Part shown: piece after piece, positions 1 through 12,033 of the stretch
How the letters are laid out: each line of letters begins with the position of its first letter
Position numbering within the stretch: the stretch's first letter is position 1
Origin: Camelus dromedarius
Taxonomy: Eukaryota
Assembly: GCF_036321535.1 (NCBI RefSeq)
Contig: NC_087436.1
Location: 10,168,001 to 10,232,000 of the forward strand
Length of the DNA: 64,000 nt
Direction: 5' to 3'
The notes under the pieces: model-generated
What the model saw: the letters and a program-made list of their open reading frames with translations, nothing else
Told to the model about the DNA's origin: nothing
The model's database searches: none
Position numbers and translations under genes: made by a program

Positions 1-540
1 CAACAACTGGACTCCACTATAGCCGTAAAACCTGTTAGCTGTCAAAAGTGTGAGTATCAAAATGCACGTCTTCCAAGTTTGCTTCTGATGTGCCTCAGGG
101 ATAGTGCAGACAGTTTCAAGCTGAAAACCAAATGTGTTTGTTATTCCCAGATGAGATAGTTAACAGTACGGGGCCCTAGAAGAAACCGACGTTGCGGTTC
201 TAGTCTGTCCTCGTGAACTCTCCCTGCGCTGTGAAGACTCGGGTCTGTTCACTTAGTCTCCTCCTTTCCTAAAAGCGTCCCTTGTGCTAGTGGTTCTTGA
301 TTAATTGTCTCAGAAGTCATTTGCCAGCAGACCTGCCAAGTTTCCTGTTCACACTTGGTAACTGCTTCGTGGGATCCTGGTCACTTGGTTCCTCTCCTTT
401 CCTTTTTGAGCAAAGTAAGGACAAATGAGTCAGAGAGAGGAGAGGAGAGAGAGAGGGTGACGAGCTCAGGATCACGGCTGTCAACTGTGGTAGCCGAGGG
501 CCAGACCGTGCTCTCAGGGACGCAGTCCCGGCCGGCCCCG
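1..540 (-). other. MARCHF1: Proximal 3' UTR of MARCHF1 (continues beyond the left edge)
   Basis: Directly follows the stop codon; I saw no canonical AATAAA on the minus strand in this stretch. Confidence 0.8.
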
Positions 541-836
541 TCACACCGGTATGACTTCCGGGGGGCTGCCCTCCGCAGACGGCAGTGAGTTGGTTCCCGT
601 TTGTGACACAGGCACGACCCCGGCCTCCTTGGCGTCCGTGTTCACGGTGCACGAGTTCTTGTCCAGTCTCTTGGCCGTGTCTGGGCAGTTCTGCACAAAG
701 ATGACGCGGTTGTAGGCCTTCAGCCTGCGCCACAGCTGGACGTAGACTTTGCACTGTACGTACATGAAGACCAGCCCTCCTGTGAAGCCAATGGCCACCA
801 CAACCAGTTTTGTCCAAAATGGCCATTCAAGGACAC
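541..836 (-). CDS. MARCHF1: MARCHF1 last coding exon (TM2 and cytoplasmic tail, stop TGA at 541-543)
   Basis: Acceptor ttctcccttgtctttcaaag|GT. 296 nt plus the 1 nt carried over = 99 codons including the stop: (G)[55 protein letters not shown]...PPEVIPV*. The tail ending and the QGNDN loop favour MARCH1 over the paralogue MARCH8. Confidence 0.97.
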
Positions 837-1882
837 CTTTGAAAGACAAGGGAGAACGTTATCACCAAGTTGTCATCAATGGTTTGGTGGTTTTTTTCCC
901 CCTATATTTCCATCAAAGTACCACACCTGCCTGCTGAATTTCACAGATAAGGAATAAATAATTCTTAACTAGTAAAAATTAGAACCTGAACTGCTGAATT
1001 GCTTGCAGATATTCTAGAGGTATTGTCAACACTGTACAGGAAGAAGTTCTCTCGCCTGCTGCTCCAGCCACATCTCTCATGCCTCTTAGCACCGAGGACC
1101 TACTGTGCTCATCAGATACCACGTGAGACTGACCGGCTTCGACATTGATTCCTGACAGCTAAATCTCTTAAGGAAGAATAGTGAACATACCGAGTGAAAG
1201 AATCAGATGTTAAGATCCTTTTAAGAAGGTAAAGTGAATAGGTGCATGTGTGGGACCCACAGGCCCCCCACCACGCCGTCATTACCTTTAAAATTAAAAG
1301 AAGAAAAAAAGCTGCCACATCTCACCAGAGAGAAAGAATTCCTGAGTTCAGACGAGCACGCGATTTAGGATGCCATCTGTTTTATAAATCTATTTTGTTA
1401 CTGAGAACCATCTCTTAGACATTCTCCATCTTAATTTCCATCACCATGACTAGAAATGGACTTTCTTTTACAAACAGTTTTTAAAACTATTTATTTCACG
1501 AGAGATTATGTAAGTACAACAGTAGTGAGGCCGCGCGTAATCACACAGTTAAGTACGTGACGCTGACGAGTCCACCTCCTGCCAGCGTCGGGGTGGCGTG
1601 GAGGACATGGCTGCCTTTGTTCACGTGACAGGCCGTCACGTAAAAGAGGAGGGTGGGTTGGAGTTTAGGGGAATCAGTGATTCTACTGTGGGTTTTATTT
1701 ACTTTTTCTTAAAATAGTGAATAGAGTAGAAAGAAAGAAAAACATCCTACCCACATTTTGTAATAGTGACATTTACTTTATGCTCCTGGAAGCAAAACAC
1801 TCCGCCCTGTTTGCCTTGTGTTAGAGGGCTTCCCTGGCTCCCTCGTCCTGTCTTGCAAGAACAGGCCTGACCCACTGAGGAC

Positions 1883-2075
1883 CAGCGGTTCTCAGCTGGG
1901 GGCGGCTGTGTTCCTGGGGCCACATTGGGCAGTTCCTGACTGGGTGGGGTGCTGCTGACTCAGGAGATCGAGGCCTGTGATGCGGCTTGCGGACACCCTT
2001 CCGGGTGTAGGACAGCACCCCCGACCAGGAGCTACCGGTCCGCGGTGTCAGTGATGCTGAGGCCGACAAGCCCTG
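1883..2075 (+). mobile_element. MER20-like hAT-Charlie DNA transposon relic
   Basis: Starts cagcggttctcagctggggg, ends gacaagccctg; internal segments are colinear with the MER20 consensus as recalled. Confidence 0.8.
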
Positions 2076-5000
2076 TCACAGAAGGCCACCACGTGAGCTT
2101 TACTGGGGACTCTGCAGGGAGGACTCAAATTAGACATCTTGGAGTTCTCCAAATTCAGAAGGCTTTTTGCTCTTGGCTGTTCAGTTGAGCAGTAATTTCT
2201 CCTTGTTTAGGAGGATTTTAACCACAGACAAGCTGGAGATGAAGTGTGGTTAGCATCCATTTTTAGGTTGATCCCCACGGATTATGGCTCCCGTTCCCCT
2301 CGGGCTGCCGATTGTTCTGTAAGTGCCTGGAGATCTCTTCCTGAGCCTTTGCCCACGATACTTGCCTGGGATTTTGCTTCTCTGTTTCTGCGTGTCTGCC
2401 TGTCCCATAAAACCTGACTCAGAAGTACTTTCCTGCTGGAAATAAGCTTTTCCACTCGCCCCAGTTTCACGTGACTTCTTACACTTGTGGCGCGAGTTCG
2501 CTGTACCATCAGTGATTTCTGCTCTGCTCTGCCGTGATCCTGACAAGCGCAGTCTGCGTCTGCTTGGTCTTTGTTTCCCACAGTGCCTGGCTCAGTACGT
2601 ATTTCAAAGATGAGTAAAAGCTTTTTAAAAGTCTGACTTGGATTGTGCTGCCTCAGTCTTTTCAGCATAACCAGACAGGACAGCCTTCGTTGACTTGTCA
2701 GTGGAACTGCACTTCCCTGGGACAGCCTGAAGAAGACCCCACCCTTGCCCCACCCCTCCTTCGAGACAGTGACCAGAAACCACGAAAATACCGAAGAATC
2801 CGGGCCGGGAGTCGCCAGCTGCCTTTTTCTCCTCCAGTTCCAGGAGACTGCTCCCCTGCCTCCTTTCACAGGGTGTCTGAGTCCGTCTTCTCTGCTCAAG
2901 TCAGTCCTCCTTGCTGCGTTCTTGGGGAGTCCAAGCGCCTGCTGTTTCCCTAGACTAAGTTTAGACTGGAGGGTACCCCCCACCCCACAGCCGAAGGCCA
3001 CTCGGGTACAAACCCACTGTCCAGAGGACCGTCTTCCAAAGACAGCCTGGTCTTTCTCTTTGCCTTTTTCCTAGTGGACAGGATGTTTGTTTTCTTTATA
3101 GAAATTATCATTGAGCAGTTAAAGATTTTACCTCGGGAAGCTCACCATCAGGACATCTTGAGAGGAGGTGCCAAAATGAGGCTAAGTGGGCTCTGCAAGG
3201 TCGCTTTCCTTGGTGAGATGCGTTTGCTTCCTTTCATTAGACTGAGCGCGTGGTCTTCATGCTCCGTTGTGCAGGGCTAGTCAGTTCTGTGATGGAGCGA
3301 GAATGAGCCCCGGGAGGCAGTGAAGACGGCACGGGGCCGGCTCCCCGCGGGCCCCTTGCATGAGCCAAGGAGTTCTCTGTTCTCACTCGTGTATACTTGA
3401 AGCTGGAGCCTGACCTTGGAAACGCCAAGAGCACAAAGTTGTCTCTGCTTGCCAGTTCGAAAGGGGAGTTTGGAAAATCCAACTTCAGGCAGTGCAACCA
3501 TCTCTTCTCTTCTCTATAGACTTCTCTTCTCTACCTCTGCCTTTGTGCCGGGGGTCTTCCTTCAGGAGTTTCTGCAGGTTTAGGAAGAAACTCTGCCCAC
3601 ACCTACCTCCTAACCGTGGGCAGGAAACAGACGATGCTTGGAAATTGCTGGACAGGAACTGGAGGAGCAGATACTCTGGTCAGCCGTCATTTTCTAAGGA
3701 AATGGGGATCTTCTCTTGTCCCTCATAATAGATGAATATAATTGATTCATTCACTTTCCATATCGTCATGCCAGCCTCACAAGAATGGGCAGTAAATTCT
3801 CAAGCAGCCTCAGCAGACAGTTAAAATAACATCTTCCAGACCCCCTTCGTCTGATCGCCTCTGTGTGACGTGGTACTTGAGGGCTGCAGCAGCTTCCAGG
3901 CCATCCCAAGACAGTCGGCACACGAAGAGGTTTTCCAGGAAAGGCTTCCGATGGTCTGTAGGCTGGTCTAGTGATGTGCTATGGAAGACTTCACGATTTA
4001 GCGCTAGGTGAATCTTAAGTGCTATGTTCTATCTGCCCGAAAGTGCAGTCCTTCCAAAACCACAGAAAGCAGGACACGGTTTGTAAAGAGATGTCTGTTT
4101 AGACAGCGAGTGAAAGCCCTTTAGACAAAGCAGGCAGGCGGGCCATTCAGTTCATCGTAGGCTTTGGGGAGTCTGCATCTAGGCAGGATTTTTCTAAGGA
4201 GCCAGAGGGAAAAGAGGAAGTTCTGGTAAAAGTAGCTTTGTAGAGCTTGAACGAAAAGGTAAACATGAACGAAAGTAAAGTTTGCAATTTTTTTTTTCAA
4301 ATAACCTCCCCGCCCATCTTCCTCAAGGCCCCGTCCATTGAGTCTGAGTCAGGAGACACGGGCTGGGGAAAAGGGCCTTCCCCTCAGGAACCCGAGGCTC
4401 GAGTCCACCAACAGGACCACGTCCACCAGCTCTGTCATCTCCTTTATGGTCACTATTTCCTCATTTTCACCCAGAAACCCCCCTTTCCCTGGCTAAGAAA
4501 TACCCAAATCCTAAAGGATTCAGACTTGCCTACAATTTCGTTGCAGATCAGACCTTACTTGGATCTCCCTTATTGTTGTCAGTGGCTTCTCAAGGGCTGT
4601 TTCCTTCAAAAATAGAGATTTTGCGCAGTGAGATAGCCCCATATAACATATTAACAACCTCTTTCTTAACTAGTTCTAAGAGTAACAGTCACTGCGTGAA
4701 CACGGACGATACACGCGCAGCATCTGTATAACCCAGCGCTTCAGTTTCTCTGATGTGAGGTCATGTTCATGGTGTATTTGAAAAATGAATCATAGAAAGA
4801 AACCTTGAAGGATGTTCAGTCCAACTTAGAGAAAATGAGAAAAGCGAGCTGCAGGGTGATTAGTTATCTACTCAAGGTATCTGGCCCACGACCAAGGCAG
4901 AAGCAGACCCCCAACCCCTGACCTCTAGCGGGGTCGGTGCTTACCACGTTTGGATTGTGAACAATAACAGCGCATGCAGTTACGTTAAAAAAAGGAATGC

Positions 5001-6573
5001 TTATCCAACAGTGCTGAAAAGGAAAGTATTCTGTGGATCGCAGGGAAGTGATTTTTAACACACTCCCTAGGCCCACTTCAACGTCCAGCAGGGCTGCCCA
5101 GCCCTGGACGTGCTCTGAGGCCCTCGAGGGAGTCAGACGGGAACAGAATCAACTTGCTGTGCTGGTCCTCGTGGTGAATTCATTTAAATGGCCCTGGGGC
5201 AGCCTTAACATCTGCGCCTACAGCCTCTTTAATAGACAGGAGGAATTGTTCCATTTTCTTGGTCTGTATTTTTATGATTTGATTTCAACCCGCAGGGTGT
5301 CCCGGAGCATTCTGCCAGAATATGTAAAGATAAGGCAGGAGGAGTGATTACCCCCCTTGCCCCCTTGCCCCCTCTGCCCCTAGTTAGAGTTGGCAACATG
5401 GGTAATTTAGGGTGTTAAAGTTTTAAGAGCCACGCATTTGTCTTTTGTTTTGTCATCACAGGTAACAGAACGAGAGGGATGTGGGGCATGACGCATATTT
5501 AATCTGAAAGGACAGCCGGTGAAAAACATACCAAGGACTTTTTCCTACAGTTATTACAGCTCAGAAGATGTGGCTGTTTTATATTCAACCTCCACTCTGG
5601 TTAAAGAATGGCAATTTCCTTCTCAAATGTTTCTGAAGGTTTTCAAGATGCATTTAAAATATTTTGACTTTTAAATTATGCAGTTTTTTTCCCAAAAACT
5701 TTAAAAGCAAGTTCAGGGTCTGCTCTCGCAGTTCCAATGCCAAAGGAGGGTGACAATGACAACTCAGACAGATGCCCCCGCTTCCCAGAGATGTGCGCTG
5801 TGGGCAGTCAGGTGTTAAAGACAATCCGAACATAAGCACAGGGAGACTTTTACCGAAAAAACTTCCACGAAAGTCACCACGGTCCCATTTGACGTTACCC
5901 AAGTCTGGATTTGTCCCACCTGCAAGGGGCTGTAGGAACAGCCCCGGGACCACTTCTTGATAGAGATCGTGCTTCCTAACTCAGGGGCTCTGAACACCAA
6001 AGATGAAAGTTACCTCACCTTCACTTGCTTTCAAGAAACTGAAAATAATTTGTAAAAATATATGGTAGAAAGTTGACCCTATATACTGTGTGTCTAGACA
6101 CATGGAAAGATAAGAGAGAGAGAGGGAGGGAGATGTAGACAGAGACGTCAGAAAGCTCGCCTTTGTCATTCAGGCTTCTGTTGGGAACTGTGACTAGGAA
6201 CCTGAGCGACAGTACATTGGGGACTGTGGTCTGAAATCCTGTATCCACCCAAAACTGAGAAAGGAAAAAATACTCTGAAGAACAAGTCTAGAAGAACAGT
6301 AAAGGTGGAAAAGATCGTGCCACTCCTTCCACACTGACTGAGCCCCTTGCTGGGTCCCGGACACTTGGCTCGGCGCCAGGGATGTGCTGCTGAACCCGAC
6401 AGGCACGGCCGGCCCTGCTCTGAGCCCCGTCTGCTCGTGAGGGAGATGGACAATTAAATGAGCAATTACAGTAACGCCTGATACTATTCCTGGTAGGGCA
6501 GAGCTGCTCAGCATGACTGCACAACAACTGAGTAAGGGCTAATTAACCCTAAACCTCGGGATGGGGCTGGGCA

Positions 6574-6700
6574 GGGGTGGTGGTGTACAGCTCAGGGGTA
6601 GAGCGCATGCTTAGCATGCGTGAGGCCCTGGGTTCAATCCCCAGGACCTCCACTGAAAAATAAATCAAAGTATTAATATCTCTAAAAGAATAAATAAAAA
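6574..6700 (+). mobile_element. tRNA-derived SINE (camelid Vic-1 type)
   Basis: A box cagctcaggggtagagcgc, core atgcttagcatgcgtgaggccctg, B box ggttcaatccc, A-rich tail. Confidence 0.88.
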
Positions 6701-6774
6701 CCCAGGCTTTGTAGTGGTGTCGAAACTGCACAGGTGATTCTCTGGGTGATCAAAGGTGGGGAGAGTGCAGGATG

Positions 6775-6946
6775 AGCATGTGCTCTCTGAGAGGGCGTGG
6801 GGGTCGCCTGCTGGCTGCTTCCACTCCCAGTGCTGGGCCCCACCCCAGGGCCTCTGATTCACAGGTCTGAGCTGGGGAGAGGCCAAGGGTCTGCATTTCC
6901 GACAAGTGCCCAGGTGATGCAGATGCTGCTGGTTTGGGAGCCACTG
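6775..6946 (-). mobile_element. MER5A-like hAT-Charlie relic
   Basis: ctgggccccacccca...tctgattca...ctgcatttccgacaagtgcccaggtgatgcagatgctgctggt matches the MER5A reverse complement. Confidence 0.75.
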
Positions 6947-6959
6947 AGGTGGCAAGTCC

Positions 6960-7720
6960 TTCTGGCTCAGGGAGCTGAGCTAGGTTTCCTGGAGGGAGTG
7001 ATGTTCAAGGTCAAGTGTGAAGGCTGAGTGGGGTCGGGGAGGCGTGTGATGTAACATGTTTGTGTGAGGAGTGTGCAGAGGTGCACACGAGCAGCTGGGA
7101 GGAAATGTTCACGTACAGAAAAGCCGAGCAGGGTCTAGAAGCAAATTTGGGAGCTGAAGGGATGCTCAGCAGAGCCAGCCGCAGGTGATGGGGTCAGCAG
7201 GGCCCCCATACAGAGTCATTTCAAGAATGATGAGTACATAGGGACAGAATGCGGTCAGATGTGTGTCTGTAAATTTGCTGCGACAGCGTTATTGGTTGTG
7301 GGTCGAAGGTGGGCGAAACTGGAGGAAGCCTAAAATTAAGAAGCAGTTGCCGTTTTTGAGTAGAAGTTGTGACAGTGTGCACACGGCAGGTGGCAGTGGG
7401 GAGGGGTTCCAGACGTGTGTGCGGCAGACCGAATACCATGTGATTGACGTAGGTGGACGTGGGTGGGCTGGGTATGCGGGATGGAAGCTGGGTTGGATTG
7501 GGTCACGGGGGTTAGCAGTGCCTTTCCTGCAGGTGTTGGAGTGGGAGGTGATGGTAGGTTATGGACTGGACACTGAGTTTGAGTGCCTGACAGACCTCTA
7601 CGTGGGAAGGTTCCGGAGGTAGGTGGAGGTGCGACTGGGGTGCAGGAGGAGCCAGAGGTGAATGTGGGGGGCAGCTTGCCATCACAGAAATGACATCTGA
7701 AGACATACGTTTGCCCTGGT
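6960..7720 (-). mobile_element. Degraded L2 LINE fragment
   Basis: Purine-rich stretch with L2-type motifs (ggacactgagtttgagtgcctg; ggagggagtgatgttcaagg). Boundaries approximate. Confidence 0.55.
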
Positions 7721-9575
7721 AGAACCAGGGTCGGGGGGAGGGTGTGGAAGGAGGTTGGGTCTGTGGGTTTCTCGGGTTCTGGAGAGACTTGGCTGCAGCT
7801 GAGACAGTCACGTCCACTGTAGGATAAATGAGTGTTGTTCACGCACATGTCAGAAGTGGGATTGGCTAAATAAGAGAGAGGTTCTGCACCGCCTGCCCAT
7901 GGACCATGTGAGGTTGCTTCCTGTGGTTCTGTTGGGATGGGAGGGGTGCCTTCACCTTCTTTTCCCTCGCCTGTGCTGGGAGAGGGAACAGAGGGGCCCT
8001 GCAGGCTGGGACAGCCTGATCCAGGCGGGGCGGCCACTGGGAGAGGGCACTCCTGCGCTGGGGCAAGTTCATGATCCTTAGACACGGAATGCTGGACTGG
8101 ACATGGAGACAGACAGTGTGGCCACCAGGTCTGCTCTGGACTGCAAGGAAACAGGAGTCCGCAGGTGGCAGGCTGGGTGTGGGGAGGGGGGAGGTGGCGG
8201 GACGCCTCTGTTCTGCAGTAGACACATGATCGCAGTGTCTGTGGTGTACTTTGTTATGTGGCTTGAGCCAGTACCTGTAACTCTAGGGGATGTGGGCTTA
8301 GAAAAAAAAAAGTTTCTATCCTGAAGAAACTTGTTTAGTAGGGGTGTGATAGACATTTAAAATCCAGCATCTCAGGAACAACGCATAGTATAGTTGTAAA
8401 CAAGATAGTTTGGTATAAATTGTACATAAATGAATTAATATTGATGCAAAAATTAAACCCCCCACACACCTGTTTTTCTAGCCACAGTGCTTTCGTTCCC
8501 TTCCAGGAGAGGACAGCGGGGTCTGCAACGCCGTCACCCACCGCCCACCCCAAACCCCCTGCCACACACACACTCCGGCTACATAAACCACATCCCACTG
8601 GGTCTGGAGTCCTGGTCCTTTTGAGCCCAGCTTGGTTCTGCTCCGGGGCAGGGGGACAAGAATGGGGTGCTCTCCCCGCTGCCTTTGTGAATCCAGATGG
8701 AGAAACAGGAAACAAACCCCTCCCTTTGAAGACTCTCCCTTCTTTCCTTCACTGCCTCTCATCTTTTTTTTTTTTTCTTTCATTTTCTTTTTTTTGAGGG
8801 TTGAGCAAACATACACTGTTACCATCTGAACAACAACTCCCTCCAAATGCACCAGTGGTTTTCACGTAATATACATCCCCCCGCCCCAGGGAGAGGCCAG
8901 GGGAGTGTTCCTCACCGGTTCACCAGCTGTGGTTGAGGCTGTTCGCTGAGGCTGGTAGGGCCTGATGAGAAACAGCTGGTACCTTCAGCAGTGACGATAA
9001 ACAAGCTACTTTTGCTTCTGTCTTGAATGCCTTGTCCATTTAAAATGCTACAATGCGCCTTCATGATTTTAAAACATCTTTCATTGTGGACTTGACACCA
9101 TCCTTTGCTACCAAACTTAGCATGGCAAAACTTTCAACCTGCAGCGTTCATCCACTCCGTCAGGTTACAGAGTCCTAATTAATAAGCTACAGCAGGCTCT
9201 CTCCTTACCACTTCAAAGGAAGCCATGACTAAGGTGAATTCAATAAAATGAAAACCTTCCATTTTTACAGCTGTTTGCCTTTTCATATCAGGCAGAACCT
9301 GATCCTTAACCTAAAGGCTATAGGGTATCCTTTAAAATACACAGATGCCACTAAAGCCTGAAGTGCTGTTTGACATCTGTCTGCTAGTGTTTACAAGGAC
9401 TTGATAAATCTTGCTTCTCAGCGCGGGGCCCCGTATGTTCAGTGTTTTACAGCAGAGTGTTAATCAGTAACAAAACTGGAGGAGACTCCATCACCAGTCC
9501 TGGGTTTTGCTGGTGCATCCTACACGCACCGGGAAATAGCCCCCCTGCCCATCTCGAGGCACCCTTGTAGACTGC

Positions 9576-9593
9576 GAGAGAGAGAGAGAGAGA
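9576..9593 (+). repeat. (GA)n microsatellite
   Basis: gagagagagagagagaga seen directly. Confidence 0.9.
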
Positions 9594-9611
9594 AAGGAGA
9601 CACGCTCTTAC

Positions 9612-9759
9612 CATTGTCGTTGCCTTGCTTGATTTCCTCCGCCGTCCGATCTATCAGCACGTACAAAGACCAGACCACGCAGGTGATGGCGATGACGTGG
9701 AACGTAACAGAGCAGAATATCTTCCTCCTCTCGCTCGTGGTCATCTGCAGCTTCTCCCA
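9612..9759 (-). CDS. MARCHF1: MARCHF1 penultimate coding exon (TM1 and inter-TM loop)
   Basis: 148 nt = 49 codons + 1 nt: [49 protein letters not shown](G). Acceptor gattgcag|TGG, donor G|gtaaga. Phase 0 in, phase 1 out. Confidence 0.97.
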
Positions 9760-10979
9760 CTGCAATCACAAAGGAACCACACAAAACTGAATCTCCACCT
9801 GGGAAACTGCTCGCATTCATACCCCAGGCAGAGATAGATGGTGACTGGAGGGAAGACGTTAAAGAGCTGCAGTTTTAGGTGACACCACAATATTCAAGTA
9901 CGTCTTCATGTTTGAAAAGATCTAAAATCATAACCTGTGGTGTTATATAAAATATATATATTAAAAATATAAAATATATTAAAAATTACTTAAAAATATA
10001 TTAAAATGAAAACAAAAAGATTTTCCTATTTCCAGGTGAATTACACCAGGTCATTTCAGGTTTGCAAGCCTGTAGTTGCCTTGTGTGTAACATGAAGGGG
10101 ACAGTTTCAATTTCATACAGCTTTCAGAAAACATCTCCGCTCAGGTTTCTGCCCACCACTCCTCTGTGGTCCTAGGTTATAAGTAGTGATGCACAGTCTC
10201 TTCTCGGACTCAAACGTAACCTGAAACAGTGTTGCATTCATGAACGTGCAAATTTAACAAGAATTTGAATGGGCTGAGTGATATCGGGGGAAGAGTCAAC
10301 ATCTGTTCACAGCTCCTCTAGAAGATGCATTTCATCCTCCGGGCGATGGGAGGGAAAACAGATGAAGCCCCTTTTCAGAGCAGTCTCGCTTTTCTGTTGC
10401 CGCCATTGTCCCAGTCACCGTCCCTGAGTCACACCCCGCTGGCAGTTGAGGGCTGCTGCCGCAGTCTGCGAGAGGCGGAGGGCTGTGATTTTTATAATCA
10501 GAAGTCAGGGATTCTATGCGGAAATGTGCCCACTATTTACTTGAAGAGATAGACTCTCCAGCGAAGTTTTGATGCCTTGACAGCTGGATTTGTCACTTTA
10601 TTCTCATGTTAGGGTTTGTGTCTTTTTTGCATATTTCTATAGGAAAATCACATCCCTATGCTCTTATTTCAGTCACAAGTAATTATTTCAGTCATCCCTG
10701 ATTCTTTACATTCTTACGGTCTTTCTAAAGCAAAATCCTTAGAGCTTCAGAAGACCCCCTCCTTCCTTACCCCACCCCACACGTGCACCCCCCGACACAC
10801 AACTCATTTGATGACAAGAGGGCACACAGCACACTTCACAAAGTCCTGGCTCTGCCACCAGCTCTGAGTCACAGTGAAGCCGCTCAGTCTCTCTGGACCC
10901 AGCGGCCTCGTCTCCGTAAGCGGCAGAGGCGTGATGAGAGGTTCGGAGGAGTGTGCACTCCTCTCCTCCTTCGTTAACA

Positions 10980-11315
10980 GACTAAGCCCAAGAGGCTTGG
11001 CACTGTACCAGCTAAAGCCGCTTTCCAGCCTGCCTGGCAAGGATGGGCAGGGACTGCATCCCAGCGACAAGATGTGAGTGGCTATTTACTGGGATTGCCC
11101 CTCCTCCTTTCCTTCCTGTTCTCTTCTTTGTTACCTGGAATTCCTAATTAATGGCAGGAGTCCCAGCAGTCACCTTGCAACCTTGAGGCAAAGTTGAGCC
11201 CATCAGCCATCGCCCACCTGGGGACGCCACTCATTTGGTCGGAAGCAAAGCCCTGTGACTGAGCCACAATTTCTCAGGACTCTGCTCCTCACTGTCAAGT
11301 GCAGTTCCTGATGTA
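10980..11315 (+). mobile_element. Possible MaLR (MLT1-type) LTR relic
   Basis: cagcagtcaccttgcaaccttgagg and the ending segment resemble old MLT1 LTRs; highly diverged. Confidence 0.4.
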
Positions 11316-12015
11316 ATCACTGAAACTTCCTAACTTTCCTTCTGCTCTCACCATGAAGGTCCTATAATCTCATTTGTAAGAGAGCACAGTATTTAAAGTC
11401 TGATCACCATCTTCCAGAAAGGTTCTTCAACATTTTAGAGAAACAAATGTTTTCTTTACAAACACATCCATTCTCTGCTTTTACTGGCCAGTTATCACAG
11501 TTTCCCTTATAGGTTCTGTTAGAGCTAGTTAACCATTCATACCTCATCCTGCACTTGCTTTTTCATCAAACTATGTATTATTCTAAGTAAATAATGGAGA
11601 AATTTTAGTAATGAAGGGCGGGGAAGGCCAGATGCTTCAATCTAGAATCTGTTTTTAATTAACATCGTAGTGAGAAGATTTCAGTCGGCGCATCTTGGCT
11701 TTTACGAAAACCTCACGTCAGACATGTGAAAGATTGATTTTTAAAATTTCGTTTTGTTACTGATTTATTGTAATGATAATCTGAATAATCTGTGTGATTA
11801 TGAAATAGAACTTAGCATTTGGCAACAGCACCTTTTGCTTTAATAGCTATTTCTTGAATCACCTCAGTGTTCAATACGACCAAATAAAAAGGCCAGGGTG
11901 GTGCCGGAGGGCAGCTGTATAACAGGTCGAATTTCCTAAATGTTGCAAGTGGATGAAAGAGCCCTCGGCGACAAAAGGTTCACACTGAATCCACCCGCAG
12001 TGGTAAAGCTGGCTC

Positions 12016-12033
12016 GGGGGGGGGGGGGGGGGG
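12016..12033 (+). repeat. G18 homopolymer
   Basis: 18 consecutive G seen directly. Confidence 0.95.

Larger units (their letters stand above)
837..9611 (-). other. MARCHF1: MARCHF1 last intron (8775 nt, GT-AG, phase 1)
   Basis: Bounded by gt at 9611-9610 and ag at 838-837. Confidence 0.93.

Noticed and set aside
317..826. 169-aa ORF overlapping the last exon
   Set aside because: Alternative frame of a GC-rich exon with no recognisable protein or independent start context.
2282..3074. 239-aa and overlapping ORFs
   Set aside because: No recognisable domain, non-ATG starts, no splice support; expected by chance in GC-rich intron.
3933..3941. Isolated perfect GAS motifs (also 20811-20819) and PU.1-like gaggaag sites
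   Set aside because: Short motifs occur many times by chance in 64 kb; no clustering or other support.
6574..6655. tRNA genes at SINE heads (also 29332, 40597, 50946, 53686)
   Set aside because: They have A and B boxes but are diverged, carry A-rich tails and TSDs, and recur many times, so they are SINEs.
7336..8085. 249-aa Pro/Thr-rich ORF
   Set aside because: Overlaps a degraded L2 and G-rich sequence; composition artefact.
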